Shown: positions 10,105 to 19,805 of the stretch, in pieces
Position numbering within the stretch: position 1 is the first letter of the stretch
Layout: each line of letters opens with the position of its first letter
Source of the DNA: a virus
Lineage: Duplodnaviria > Caudoviricetes
Virus record (IMG/VR): IMGVR_UViG_3300049002_000003
Span: 1 to 60,656 of that record
Length of the DNA stretch: 60,656 bases
Direction: 5' to 3' (one strand)
Made by a program: the position numbers and the translations under genes
Notes under the pieces: generated by a model
Seen by the model: the letters and a program-made list of their open reading frames with translations, nothing else
Databases searched by the model: none
What the model was told of the DNA's origin: nothing

Positions 10105-10306
10105 TGGTTCCCTCCTTCAGTCCTGGGGTGTCTCGAAGGAACCTGGTAGCCACCAGACTCCCGGTCGTACAGTCGAACTCATGCAGGACTACTACGCCTG
10201 GACGCTTCCCGCATAGCTCGCTTCGGCACGCCACCTCGATGGTTGGACGTCCGTCTACTTCAGACAGTCGTCCGTGCATCCTGTGTGCGCACCGAAGATC
10301 GGTCAC
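10067..10306 (-). CDS. Small zinc-ribbon protein (Mu Com-like)
   Basis: 'LRCAHRMHG...IEVACRSELC' Cys/His pattern; GTGA overlap with the upstream gene. Confidence 0.55.
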   Translation of the reverse strand: MTDLRCAHRMHGRLSEVDGRPTIEVACRSELCGKRPGVVVLHEFDCTTGSLVATRFLRDTPGLKEGTNGVGSRAAVRHA

Positions 10307-10680
10307 TTCCGGATGACTCGGTTGCGCTGAGCCGGAGTGTCGCCGTCCTGCGCTTCGACTACGTCACCGGGGTGAGTCGGGTCGGTCGCCTCAGCAACCG
10401 TCTCGCCAGTGTCAGCAGTGAGGGTGAAGTGTCCCTCGCGCCGCAGCATCTCCTCAAGCGCCGGATCGACGTCCATGATCATGGTGTACCCATTGAATGG
10501 GCCCCAAATCAGGTCACGCTTCGGGTTGAGATGCCCTACCATCGCATCCTGTCGGATCATCCATTCCTGGCTACCCGGCAGTTCGACGTCTAGTGGCTCA
10601 ACGCCCTTGATGCGCAGATCATCTTCCGTCAGCGCCCGGTACATTGAGAGCCCAACGTACTTGACCGCCATCTTCGCCAT
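10303..10680 (-). CDS. Hypothetical protein (tail module)
   Basis: 125-aa ORF with an AGGAGAGGAGG RBS, in operon context. Confidence 0.65.
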   Translation of the reverse strand: MAKMAVKYVGLSMYRALTEDDLRIKGVEPLDVELPGSQEWMIRQDAMVGHLNPKRDLIWGPFNGYTMIMDVDPALEEMLRREGHFTLTADTGETVAEATDPTHPGDVVEAQDGDTPAQRNRVIRK

Positions 10681-10709
10681 TGCCCCTCCTCTCCTTGGTC
10701 ATCCAAATC

Positions 10710-11153
10710 CTACCGGCGTGCCGTGATTCGGTAGGAGCCGTAGCGAGTTGCCGTCTTGAAGCCGTCATCGAACTGGTCGCCGGAGTCGCCTTCCCAACGG
10801 CATTCAATAAGTGTCCCTTCAGGACGGACGACCGGAAGATCACGCGGCAAGACAGCGCGTAGCCGATCGAGCCCAGCGCCGATGACGTTCTCGAAGGAGC
10901 CCTGCTCGTCATGGATCCAAATCCAATATGGCAGCCTGGCAACCTTCGAGCCGGCTCCCGCCAGAGCCTCAGTCGACGGCAGAGCGCGGATGACGATGAA
11001 CGGCGGCACCATATCCGTCGCCTCAGGCAGGTTGACCGAGCCGGCCGAGAACACCTTGGCCGAGCCGCCTATCAACGTCATGAGCGCAGCATCTCCAGTA
11101 ATCGTCTCGTACAGCCACTTACGCAACGCTGCCTCCTCCAAGCGTGTTGTCAA
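10710..11153 (-). CDS. Tail terminator-like protein
   Basis: Synteny; 'PPFIVIR...IWIHDE' and 'RWEGDSGDQFDD' motifs. Start uncertain. Confidence 0.65.
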   Translation of the reverse strand: MTTRLEEAALRKWLYETITGDAALMTLIGGSAKVFSAGSVNLPEATDMVPPFIVIRALPSTEALAGAGSKVARLPYWIWIHDEQGSFENVIGAGLDRLRAVLPRDLPVVRPEGTLIECRWEGDSGDQFDDGFKTATRYGSYRITARR

Positions 11154-11496
11154 CGAAGATGAGGCGAGCCGCCAGCTTCATGTACTGCGGCGCCAAGACT
11201 TCAATACTCGGGATAATGACCGCATACGCGCCACTGAACCGAACCTCCAAGAAGATGCCATAGAAGACGCCGTGCGCGAGGATCACCACAGCTTCCTCGC
11301 CGCCATTTCGTATCTCCGGCCTAGCCGTCAGGCTGTTCCTGGCGTTGCTAGTTCGGTCGGTCCATGGCGCAGTCTCCTTGATGTGCTTCTCGGCTCGCGG
11401 CGCGAACGCATGCGCAGACACGGCCATCCGCTTCATGACATACGGGTCGAGTCGCTTGAGGTTGAGCGGTAGCTCGCCAGACCAAGTGATCCCCAT
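11119..11496 (-). CDS. HK97 gp10-like tail completion protein
   Basis: 'APWTDRTSNARNSL' and 'HGVFYGIFLEVR' motifs. Confidence 0.8.
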   Translation of the reverse strand: MGITWSGELPLNLKRLDPYVMKRMAVSAHAFAPRAEKHIKETAPWTDRTSNARNSLTARPEIRNGGEEAVVILAHGVFYGIFLEVRFSGAYAVIIPSIEVLAPQYMKLAARLIFVDNTLGGGSVA

Positions 11497-11498
11497 AA

Positions 11499-11864
11499 CT
11501 ACCGCCCATACCCAACGTCTGCGCGGGTAGCGTCCACACGGGCGGGATAGACGAACAGCACCTCATACCGGACGCCACCATACGAGAACGTGTCGCCGTT
11601 CACGACGTCTAGGTCTGGCATAGCCACGAGCGAGAACACGGGCTGTACCTCGCGCCCATCGGCGGATTGCCTAATGGGCAATTGCGTGTTTGCGGCCACA
11701 AGCCGGATGCGCTGTACCGCGAGCACAACCGCTGTCCCGCGCACCTTGCCGCCGGACCCATCGGACACCAGCGGCCGGCGCGAGAACGCGACGTCCAATG
11801 GCTCGGCATCCATGAACGTCTTGGTGTTGAGGGTCCGGATGTAAACCTCAGCGTCACTCGGCAT
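11499..11864 (-). CDS. Head-to-tail stopper
   Basis: Synteny; 'SDGSGG' N-terminal and 'DVVNGDTFSYGGVRYEV' C-terminal motifs. Confidence 0.7.
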   Translation of the reverse strand: MPSDAEVYIRTLNTKTFMDAEPLDVAFSRRPLVSDGSGGKVRGTAVVLAVQRIRLVAANTQLPIRQSADGREVQPVFSLVAMPDLDVVNGDTFSYGGVRYEVLFVYPARVDATRADVGYGR

Positions 11865-12175
11865 TACGCACGCTCGATTGCGCGTGTGACGGTGAAGCCG
11901 CCTGCGTTAGCGTTGGCGTCGGTCGACTGCTTGTCGAACTCCTTCGCCATCTTGAGCGCGTTGTCTGACAGCGAGCTCATCTTGCGGCTCGCTCCGGCCT
12001 CTGTGGTGTCGACTAGCTGCGCGTAGCGCGCTGCCTTCATGCGCCAGACCGAAGCCGCAGCCGAGAACAGATCGGGCGCTCCAGCGATGACGTCAGACAG
12101 GAATGCATCACCGTAGATGACATCGGTCTGCTCATCGATGTAGTGCCGCAGAGTAACGACGTCGCTGAGCGTCAT
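11864..12175 (-). CDS. Head-to-tail adaptor
   Basis: Start moved to ATG 12175 (ATGA overlap with the upstream stop). Helical 'AAASVWRMKAARYA.LVD.TE.G.SR' motif. Confidence 0.7.
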   Translation of the reverse strand: MTLSDVVTLRHYIDEQTDVIYGDAFLSDVIAGAPDLFSAAASVWRMKAARYAQLVDTTEAGASRKMSSLSDNALKMAKEFDKQSTDANANAGGFTVTRAIERA

Positions 12176-12465
12176 ACCACCCTCACAGTCCCGTACTTGC
12201 GCGGCAGGATCTCTGGCGAGTCGGTCACTCTGGCCCAGATCTGGTAGTGCCCCAAGGCAACCGACGTCGTGTCCCAGACCGCAGACGTCCGAGCTACGTT
12301 GGTTCCTAGCGTCGGCCACGTTGCGGCGAGCCAAACCGCAGGCTGCGAGTCGACGTCAGCGCTGACGCCGATCTCAACCACGCCAGACGTCAAGTCGTCT
12401 GGCGAGTCAATGATCACGGCAAGGAACTCCTTCGTGCCCTTTGGGATCTCAAAGGGAGTCGCCAT
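12172..12465 (-). CDS. Small beta-sandwich virion protein (BppU-N-like)
   Basis: 'GHYQIWARVTDSPE' motif; synteny after the fibre-like genes. Confidence 0.55.
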   Translation of the reverse strand: MATPFEIPKGTKEFLAVIIDSPDDLTSGVVEIGVSADVDSQPAVWLAATWPTLGTNVARTSAVWDTTSVALGHYQIWARVTDSPEILPRKYGTVRVV

Positions 12466-14032
12466 CTATCCCTCCACCTTTGATTGGCTGTCGGATGCTG
12501 CCGGTAAGCCTATCCACGGGAAGGCTGCCGCTGACCTGCTCCGGTAGTCCACCACTGTGAATCGTGATGTCGCGGAAGACCGATGAGCCGAATGGTTCAT
12601 CGAGCGCATGCGCTAGCTCAACCGTTGGCGCGCTCGCTCGCTTCGAGCCAACTCCAGAGCGACCATCTGCCCCGACCAGCACCCGAGTCGCCGCAGAGGC
12701 AAATCTGAGGCCGGCTGCGGCGTCGCGAGCGTTTGGAGCGGACAGCACAGACCGCAATACCAGCTTCGATCCCAAAGGCCGCTCGCTCACGCCCAATAGC
12801 TCGACTGTAGCTCTAGCAGAAGTCTTGGATATCGCTGTGCTTTCGGTCGCTCGTACGCCTGAGGCGGTAGCTCCACCACGGACGTTCGCTGCGGTCGGCT
12901 GATCGGCCGCGCCGACAGCGCTTGACGTCGCTCCAGTAGCGGACTTGAAGCCGGCAGGCCTGTCCGCGCTCGAAGCCGGCTCGACCTGCGCCTTGCTGTA
13001 CGACTTTGTCCCAATTCCGGTCCGTCCGTCCGCAGCGGCCGGCTCTACGTTCGCTTGGCTCGCTGTCCGGAACGACGTAGGCAGGTCGGCTATGCGTCCT
13101 GTAGTGGACGTAGCGGCTGCCGAACCCTTCGCTCCGGTAGGACGCTCGGATCCAACCGGCGCATCCTGTGTGGTCTTGCTAGCGGCCTTCGCGCCACCTA
13201 GCGCGTCCGAAGCTAGGCCGTCAGTCTCGGTTCCGTGGGTATGATCCTCGACTGCCGCCGCTGTATAGCCGTAGCTCTGAAACGGCGGGAACCGCAGAGT
13301 TGGGTTCGGTCCGGCGCCAGGCCAGAACGTCGGACTGCCCCAATTCGGAGACGAACCTTGTGTCAGAGGAGACGAAGTCGCAGCAATTGACGTCCCACTA
13401 ATAGCAGACTGGTTGGCCCCATTACCAGTTCGGTCCGGAACTGGCGTTGCTACGCTTGCCTGGTCTAGCACCCACATTGCGGTCGGGGTAAGAGCGTCCC
13501 AATTCGCCAAAGAAAGCGGCAGAGTGTCCATTTGAGCATTACTCAAAGCAGTTGGGAAGAACGCAACCACGTCGATGTCGCCAATGAAGAAGTCACCGAC
13601 CACGTTCCCAATCGTGACCGAGCCGCCGGTGATCCCAATCGAGTCAGCCTGCGACGTAGCCGCGACTCGGGTCCAGACTCCGGTGTTGAACACGTAGTAA
13701 TGCAGGTTCACAGTGTTGGTGCCAGTCGCCTTCGAGGCCGCAATCAGGACCCAACCGTCCGCAGCAAGAACTTTCGGCGTATCAGTCGCAGAATCTTGCG
13801 ACGACGCGAAGTCGTACCAAAGCGCATTGTTGGTTGCGTGCGCGGTAGGGGAGATATCCAAAAATGACTCTGGAACGGTCCCGCCGGTCTGGACGCGACA
13901 GACGGGACCATTCCAGTTGGTGTTGTTGCCGCGCTTGACAACCGCCACCATCGTGCCGAACAGCCAGTTGGCAATGGGGGATGACGCCGTCATCGTGATG
14001 ACGTCGGACGTCCCATTGAACGAGCGTGCCAC
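12449..14032 (-). CDS. LamG/ConA-like domain fibre protein
   Basis: GTG start at 14032; 'ARSFNGTSDVI...FFIGDIDVVAFFPTALSNAQM' LamG-type signature; Ala/Ser/Thr-rich repetitive C-terminus. Confidence 0.7.
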   Translation of the reverse strand: MARSFNGTSDVITMTASSPIANWLFGTMVAVVKRGNNTNWNGPVCRVQTGGTVPESFLDISPTAHATNNALWYDFASSQDSATDTPKVLAADGWVLIAASKATGTNTVNLHYYVFNTGVWTRVAATSQADSIGITGGSVTIGNVVGDFFIGDIDVVAFFPTALSNAQMDTLPLSLANWDALTPTAMWVLDQASVATPVPDRTGNGANQSAISGTSIAATSSPLTQGSSPNWGSPTFWPGAGPNPTLRFPPFQSYGYTAAAVEDHTHGTETDGLASDALGGAKAASKTTQDAPVGSERPTGAKGSAAATSTTGRIADLPTSFRTASQANVEPAAADGRTGIGTKSYSKAQVEPASSADRPAGFKSATGATSSAVGAADQPTAANVRGGATASGVRATESTAISKTSARATVELLGVSERPLGSKLVLRSVLSAPNARDAAAGLRFASAATRVLVGADGRSGVGSKRASAPTVELAHALDEPFGSSVFRDITIHSGGLPEQVSGSLPVDRLTGSIRQPIKGGGIDGDSL

Positions 14033-14045
14033 GACCGGCCTACCG

Positions 14046-14633
14046 CTAGTTCTTCGCTGACAGTTCGTACTGCCGAACGCGGACCTGGTTGCCGGCATTC
14101 GAGATGGAGAACGCCGCGAACACGTCGATGGTGTTCGACACAGTGGTGTCGAAGCCGGTACCTTGAGCCGGCGTGGTGTTTGGTAGCAGAAGCGTGTTCA
14201 GAGTCAGCGCGGCCGAGTCGGCAGCCGCCGTCATGGCGACGGCCTGCGAGACGATCTTGCCCTGCCCCATGAGCTTGCCGAGCGTGCCGGCGCCATTCGC
14301 TTGACAGGTGACGTCGATCTCCAACCAGAACGGCAGAGCAGTGTGCGCTGTCGTCGGCATGTTGATCGCGCCGGACGTCCACGCGATCACCGCGCCGACC
14401 ATCAGCTGGAACGTGACTGTGCCAGGAGTCGTCACGATGTTCGACAGGTCTCCCAGGAGCTTCGCGAACAGATGCTTGCCGGGTACGAAGAACCCAGGCG
14501 GCACGGTGATCTTGGCCTTGCTTGCCGCATCGGTGGTAGCGCCGAAGATGGACTTCGCTGTCGTGAAGGTGTTGAGCGCCGGACCATCGACGTCCAGCGA
14601 CATCAACTGTTCGTGCCAGGTCTGGATTCCCAT
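14046..14633 (-). CDS. Hypothetical virion protein
   Basis: 195-aa beta-rich ORF with a GAGGGG RBS, in the structural operon. Confidence 0.65.
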   Translation of the reverse strand: MGIQTWHEQLMSLDVDGPALNTFTTAKSIFGATTDAASKAKITVPPGFFVPGKHLFAKLLGDLSNIVTTPGTVTFQLMVGAVIAWTSGAINMPTTAHTALPFWLEIDVTCQANGAGTLGKLMGQGKIVSQAVAMTAAADSAALTLNTLLLPNTTPAQGTGFDTTVSNTIDVFAAFSISNAGNQVRVRQYELSAKN

Positions 14634-14642
14634 GTCGTCCCC

Positions 14643-16049
14643 TCAGAACGCGACCGGTGAGCCATTCACCGTGTTGTCAGACTGCGACGTCGGCGTGCGA
14701 GCGTTGTACGCAAGCCCTGGGCTGTTGCCGAGTGGCGTGGGCGAGTCGAAGACGTTGCCCTCCACAACCCACGGCCCTTGCGTCAGGTTGGTGTTCGTGC
14801 TCGACAGCACGCCGATGTTGTATCGCACCAAGCGGTTGTTCCGGATGGTGTGGTTCTTCGTCGTCGCGCAAGCGTCACACTGGCCGATGTTGTCGTTGTA
14901 GAGGCCGATGTCATTGTTCACGACGGTGCCGCCCGACCGGACGCCATCGATGTAGTTCGCTTCGTACACGGTGTTGGAGCCGTGCCCGTTCTCGTTGATC
15001 ACGTCGGTGTGGTCGCCGGAGTTGGAACAGATCCCGCGCAGATCGTTGTGCCGGACGACTGTTCCTGCCTCGCCTAGCTCCAACTCGGATGCCACCAGCA
15101 CGTTGGCGCCGGAGACGCGCGAGTCTTCGAGCACGAACGGCACGTAGCTCAGGAGACCCTTGTCAGAGCAGTGGTTGTCGGTCCGGATGCCGTCTGCGGA
15201 GAGTAAGCCGGCGGGCTGGAGGTTGCTCGACTTGATCGTCAGGTGCGGCCCGTCGTTCTCGACCTGGATGAACCTGCTGTTGTCCGGTGTCGGCGCGCCG
15301 ACGTCACCCTGTACCCAGTCGCTCGTGAGCTCCACCCAGACGTCCGTCAGGGCCGAGCTTCCGCACCCGCAGCCGAACCGGAAGCCGCCGGTCACTAGCT
15401 TGCGGTCGAGTAGGAACGGATCAGCTTGCGTCCCAGTGCCGGTCCACGGCGCGCCGAAGTCGCCTGGCTCGGCCAGCCGGCCGCCCGGAATCGTGCCTGT
15501 CGTGGTTGTCTGTAGCCCAACCGATCCCGGAGCCGGCCAGATCAAGCCGCTCGGCGGCTCGGTAGTGGTCGGAGCCGGCGTGGTCGTGACGGGAGCGGTA
15601 GTCGTCGGGGGTGCGGCCGTTGTTGTGGGAGGGGTGGAGCTAGGCGGCACCGTGGGCTCAGGAGCGGACGCCAGGTAGCTGAAGGTCACGCTCCGCGACG
15701 CGAAGATGGTTCCGGCTGAGGTGAACACCCGGATGCGGAAGGTGGTAGCCGTGAACGTGTCAGCGTCGATCGCTCCAACCACGACTGTGCCCGTGATCGG
15801 CGCCTTCGCTGTCGCCAAGACCGACGTCGGCACGCGGCCGAGCCCATGCGGCACACCGAGGCAGTAACCGCTGCTGTTTGTCGTACAGGTCTTCGCGCCG
15901 AAGTCCGAAGTAGACACTGGTGCGGCTGCGGCGGATGGAGCGACACGGACGGGAGGGTTCCGCGAGACTAGCACTCCAGTCGTGGCGAGTCCAACGCTGG
16001 CCAGAACTGCGGCAGCAGCGGCGATCAGCTTGCGTCTCGCGTCGAGCAT
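14643..16049 (-). CDS. Signal-peptide/TM protein with Pro/Thr linker and probable parallel beta-helix (pectin-lyase-like) domain
   Basis: N-terminal 'MLDARRKLIAAAAAVLASVGL'; PTTT linker; C-terminal Asn-ladder repeats and a 'GDHTDVI' motif. Confidence 0.6.
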   Translation of the reverse strand: MLDARRKLIAAAAAVLASVGLATTGVLVSRNPPVRVAPSAAAAPVSTSDFGAKTCTTNSSGYCLGVPHGLGRVPTSVLATAKAPITGTVVVGAIDADTFTATTFRIRVFTSAGTIFASRSVTFSYLASAPEPTVPPSSTPPTTTAAPPTTTAPVTTTPAPTTTEPPSGLIWPAPGSVGLQTTTTGTIPGGRLAEPGDFGAPWTGTGTQADPFLLDRKLVTGGFRFGCGCGSSALTDVWVELTSDWVQGDVGAPTPDNSRFIQVENDGPHLTIKSSNLQPAGLLSADGIRTDNHCSDKGLLSYVPFVLEDSRVSGANVLVASELELGEAGTVVRHNDLRGICSNSGDHTDVINENGHGSNTVYEANYIDGVRSGGTVVNNDIGLYNDNIGQCDACATTKNHTIRNNRLVRYNIGVLSSTNTNLTQGPWVVEGNVFDSPTPLGNSPGLAYNARTPTSQSDNTVNGSPVAF

Positions 16050-16060
16050 GTCTGTCCTTT

Positions 16061-16699
16061 CTAGACGGACGTCACCGACAGCGTGTCAGATGACATGTTG
16101 TACGTGCCCTGTCCGGTGTAGACCTCAGGCACGATGGTCTGAAACTCGCCATCGCCGGCAGCTGTGATGTCGATTGCCGAGCCGCCGAGCGTTGCGCTGA
16201 CCTCGAAGACGTCTGTGGTGAGACCAGTAGCGATGACGAAGTAGATGGTACCGACTGTCAGTCCAGTGGGGAGACCTGCGCCGGATGACGCCCAGAACAC
16301 CACCTGGTTGCCGACGGACAGGCCGTGCGCCGCAGAGTCGATGGTGTTGGCCGTAATATCAGCCGGGTCCACGACCGAGAACTGCCGGCGCGCGCCGCCA
16401 CCGGCCGGCCCCATGCCGAGGAAGTTGCCAACCGTCACGGCGTCCCAACGGCCGACCCAAGCGACAGTGGTGGATGGAGGGATGTCGAAGGTCTGCCCCG
16501 CGCTGCTGGCCTTCGTACGCGGCGAGCCGGACGCGGCAGCGTACGCCGCAGCCTTCCGTGCATACGCTGGCGAGCCGCCCGTGAGTTCGTTCGCTCCGGT
16601 CGCGCTGTACGCGGTGTGCAGCGACCAGAACTTGATACCGTTCGTCTGCGACTCGTCCAGCGCGTCCAGCATCAGGCCGATGGCGAAGTCAGTGAGCAT
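16061..16699 (-). CDS. Virion fibre/decoration-type protein
   Basis: 'SLHTAY..TGANE..GG..AYARK' and 'AHGL..G..V....LPTGL..GT.YFV' motifs, common in phage virion proteins. Confidence 0.65.
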   Translation of the reverse strand: MLTDFAIGLMLDALDESQTNGIKFWSLHTAYSATGANELTGGSPAYARKAAAYAAASGSPRTKASSAGQTFDIPPSTTVAWVGRWDAVTVGNFLGMGPAGGGARRQFSVVDPADITANTIDSAAHGLSVGNQVVFWASSGAGLPTGLTVGTIYFVIATGLTTDVFEVSATLGGSAIDITAAGDGEFQTIVPEVYTGQGTYNMSSDTLSVTSV

Positions 16700-16725
16700 T
16701 GGTCAAGGCTCCTGTCCTAAGTAGA

Positions 16726-16765
16726 CAGAAGCGGAGCATCCGGGTCGGGGGACGCTCCGCTTCTG
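16726..16765 (-). terminator. Stem-loop, probable intrinsic terminator after the capsid genes
   Basis: CAGAAGCGGAGC (16726-37) and GCTCCGCTTCTG (16754-65) form a perfect inverted repeat in an intergenic gap. Confidence 0.7.
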
Positions 16766-16777
16766 CCGCTATCGGGT

Positions 16778-17263
16778 CTAGCTGGCGTCGTTGTCCCGCA
16801 GTCGCTGTGCCATCTCGGCCTTCGTGCCGGCCTTGGAGAGCTCACGGTGCCCCAGCTGCGCCTTCAGCTGCGCCGACGACCAGTCCTCGTAGGGGTAGTC
16901 GTCCGACTCCACCACGTCCGACGTCGCGTAGTCGTCTTCTCCGCTGGTGGCCTGTGCGGCGTTCCGGCGCCGCTCCAGCTCAGCCTCCAGAGCTTCGTCC
17001 GACGCCATCGCGACAGCGGCCGCCATGGAGGGAGCGCCGACGTTCGCCGCAAGCCCTGCCGGCGAGAGCCCTGGCGCATCGAGCACGCCGGCCGGCACGC
17101 CGCTCTGCAGGCTCGGCTCGTTGCCCGTCATGTACGGCGGCAGGCTCGGCTCCACGCCGTGGACTTCGTCCAGCCGCCGCACGCGGTTCTCCTGGCCGTT
17201 GTTGTTGAGGAACTCGCGGTCTGCGTCGGACAGCGGCACCGTCTCGTCAATGACCCTGCTCAT
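16778..17263 (-). CDS. Acidic protein with C-terminal SAP-like DNA-binding motif
   Basis: ATG 17263 with a GAGGAG RBS; 'YEDWSSAQLKAQLGHRELSKAGTKAEMAQRL' matches the SAP consensus. Confidence 0.75.
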   Translation of the reverse strand: MSRVIDETVPLSDADREFLNNNGQENRVRRLDEVHGVEPSLPPYMTGNEPSLQSGVPAGVLDAPGLSPAGLAANVGAPSMAAAVAMASDEALEAELERRRNAAQATSGEDDYATSDVVESDDYPYEDWSSAQLKAQLGHRELSKAGTKAEMAQRLRDNDAS

Positions 17264-17342
17264 GTCTGTCTCCTCAGGACTGTCCTCTTCGGACCAAGCC
17301 GGAGCCGGCGGGCACCCAACCTTGGCCGGCTCCGGCTTGGGG

Positions 17343-18695
17343 CTACTGGTAGATGGTCGGGATGGTGTACGAGCCGGACGCGGTGACCTGCATGACCGCG
17401 CCAGCGGAGCGCTGCCGGGTGCCGGTGCCGAAGCCACGCTGGTAGAACGAGTCGATGAGCGGGTAGTCGGGAGTCTGGCCCTTGACGAGCCGGAGGCCGC
17501 GCAGCGCGGGGTTGGCGTGCTCGCGGATACCGATCGGGTTGTTCAGGTTGTCCGGTCCACCTGTGGCGAAGCCGAACATGTAGCCGGTCGGGATGTAGTC
17601 ATCCTGGATGATCATCCAGTCGCCGTAGGACCCCAGGACCGTGAAGCCCTGGAACGTGGCCGGCAGGCGCTGCCCGACGATGGTCTGCGTCGTGGAGAGC
17701 GTGAAGTCCGGCTGTCCCAGGCTGGGGATGAAGTCGAAGTTGGCGGTGACGGCGTTGTTGTTCACCACGCCGAACCGGAACGCCCTGATGGTGTTCGCGG
17801 CGGCCGGGTTGACCATCAGGATCAGCTGGTAGCCGTTGGCGACGCTGTACCCGTGCTCGTTCAGCAGGGTCTGCATCGTCTCCAGGTCACCTGAGTCCAG
17901 CGTGGCCGCACCCGACGTGACGTAGTGGTTGTGGGTGGTCAGGAAGGTGTTGTTCTTGTACGGCGGTGGCGCGACCGTGCCGACCGTGACGCCGTTCCAG
18001 AACTTGTAGACGTTGTAGGCGTTCTGGTTGATGGTCGCGGTCAGGTTGGTCGAGTTGAAGACCGTCTTCATGACCTTGGTGAAGACGTTGCGGTTGTCAG
18101 CTTCGAGCGCCTGCGCCGCGAGCGCCTGGACTTGCTGGACTGTCGCGTCCGCGAGGAACTGCCACGTGAACCGCGCCGCCAGGTCGTACCAGTCGAAGTC
18201 GTAGCCCATCTGCCAGTAGGCCAGCTTCGTCCGCATGCCAACCGGCTCGCCGTACTCCGTCGCGCGCTCGAAGTCGGTCTGCCCTCCGGACTGCAGAACT
18301 GTCTCGATGTTCTGCGTCACGCGGAACGTCAGGAAGTTGATGAACCGGTCGCGCGGCTCGTTCGCCAGAACGATCGTGCGCTGGAACTCAGCCCACAGGT
18401 CGTTCAGCGGCGTGCCATCCGCGAGCGTCGTCAGGATGTCAGCCGCAGCGTTGTAGCCACCGCTGGCCGCCGCGCCACCGCCGATGCCAGCCCTGATGCC
18501 GAGCCCATCGAAGTCGATGAGCCGCATGCCCTTCTTCGGCCGGATGCTCGAAGCGAAGGCCGGCAGGATCATGTCGACGGCACGCCGGCCGTCACGCCGA
18601 TAGGTCGGCGCGACCGGTCGCATGGCCTTGTGGTCGCGGAGTTCTGCGAGAGCCGCGATGTCCGAAGTAGACGGAGCGATGAGTGTGCTGGTCAT
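17343..18695 (-). CDS. Major capsid protein
   Basis: Follows the scaffold and decoration genes; strong codon bias; 'FERATEYGEP' and 'YPLIDSFYQRGFGTG' motifs. Confidence 0.88.
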   Translation of the reverse strand: MTSTLIAPSTSDIAALAELRDHKAMRPVAPTYRRDGRRAVDMILPAFASSIRPKKGMRLIDFDGLGIRAGIGGGAAASGGYNAAADILTTLADGTPLNDLWAEFQRTIVLANEPRDRFINFLTFRVTQNIETVLQSGGQTDFERATEYGEPVGMRTKLAYWQMGYDFDWYDLAARFTWQFLADATVQQVQALAAQALEADNRNVFTKVMKTVFNSTNLTATINQNAYNVYKFWNGVTVGTVAPPPYKNNTFLTTHNHYVTSGAATLDSGDLETMQTLLNEHGYSVANGYQLILMVNPAAANTIRAFRFGVVNNNAVTANFDFIPSLGQPDFTLSTTQTIVGQRLPATFQGFTVLGSYGDWMIIQDDYIPTGYMFGFATGGPDNLNNPIGIREHANPALRGLRLVKGQTPDYPLIDSFYQRGFGTGTRQRSAGAVMQVTASGSYTIPTIYQ

Positions 18696-18707
18696 GTCTC
18701 GCTCCTC

Positions 18708-19082
18708 TCAGGTGGTCCGCGACAGACGGACGACCAGACGGTTGAGTTCGACCATGTGGCCGATGAACTGGTTCGAGCCGGCCGTTGCCGTCAGCAGACC
18801 GGTGGCAACGTCGATGTAGATGGCCTGTCCCGCCGTGAAGGTCGGCACCTCCACGATCTCACCACTAGTCATGGCGTCGATGGGGTCATTGGCCGCGAAG
18901 ACGCGGTCAGGGCAGATGAGCCCGCGATAGGTGCCGAGCGCGCTCGCACCCTGGACGGCCTTCCCAGAGGAGTTCACGGAGATCCCCTGGATGAGACCCA
19001 CGTTCCCCAGGATGACTGCCGCAGCGAGCTGCACCCGGAACCCACCCGTTACCGGGCCATACTTGTCGAACCTGCTCATCAC
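18708..19082 (-). CDS. Capsid decoration/cement protein
   Basis: Lies between scaffold and capsid; 'SRFDKYGPVTGGFR' and 'IGHMVELNRLVVR' motifs. Confidence 0.7.
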   Translation of the reverse strand: MMSRFDKYGPVTGGFRVQLAAAVILGNVGLIQGISVNSSGKAVQGASALGTYRGLICPDRVFAANDPIDAMTSGEIVEVPTFTAGQAIYIDVATGLLTATAGSNQFIGHMVELNRLVVRLSRTT

Positions 19083-19099
19083 TGTCCCTTCAGGACTGT

Positions 19100-19759
19100 T
19101 TACGGAATGCGGTACCGGCGCCGAAGCTCGTCATCCTTGGACTTCTGGTCGGCTCCTGTCCGCCGGTCACCAGCCCCAACAGCGGCGCCGCTCGCTGGCG
19201 GAGTCGCGCCGTTCGTGCCGGTCTCCTTCACCAGGTACTTCCGCTTCTCCGCAGTGTCCTTGAGGAAGGCACGGACCTGCTTGATGTCGGGCGTACCGTC
19301 GTCGGCCACGGTGATGGTCTGGTCCTTCACCGCCTTGTGCAGCCGAGCCACGATGTCCTCTGGGTCGTGCCACTTGTCGGCGCCCCATTCAGCGTCGGCC
19401 AGCATGGTCCGCTCCAGGCGAAGCATCGCCAGCTGCTCTCGCGTCTGCGCCAATTCGGTTTCCAGAGCCTTGGCCCGCTCAGTGGCCCGGTCCAGTTCCG
19501 TCTTGTCCTTGTCCGCGATTGCCGCTAGCCGTTGCTCGGCTTCCTCGCGCCGCTTGTCGGCCGCAGACAGCTGGTTCTTGACGCGGTCGAAGTCGGCTTG
19601 GCTGAGGGTCGGCTCGGAAGGGGTGCCGGCGCTCTGTCCGGTGTCCGTACCGCCGTCAGTATTCCCAGTATTGCTGGCCGGATCGGTGCCGCCCTGTGCA
19701 CCAGTACCCGTTACCGCATCCGTGGCGCTCTGTCCGCCGGTTGCGCTCTCGCCTGCCAT
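19100..19759 (-). CDS. Capsid scaffolding protein
   Basis: Low-complexity G/T/D N-terminus, coiled coil, 'ELRRRYRI' C-terminus; synteny. Confidence 0.85.
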   Translation of the reverse strand: MAGESATGGQSATDAVTGTGAQGGTDPASNTGNTDGGTDTGQSAGTPSEPTLSQADFDRVKNQLSAADKRREEAEQRLAAIADKDKTELDRATERAKALETELAQTREQLAMLRLERTMLADAEWGADKWHDPEDIVARLHKAVKDQTITVADDGTPDIKQVRAFLKDTAEKRKYLVKETGTNGATPPASGAAVGAGDRRTGADQKSKDDELRRRYRIP

Positions 19760-19805
19760 TGTACTCCTCCAACTCGGTCGGGTGCCGTTGGCGGAGTGTA
19801 TCTGG

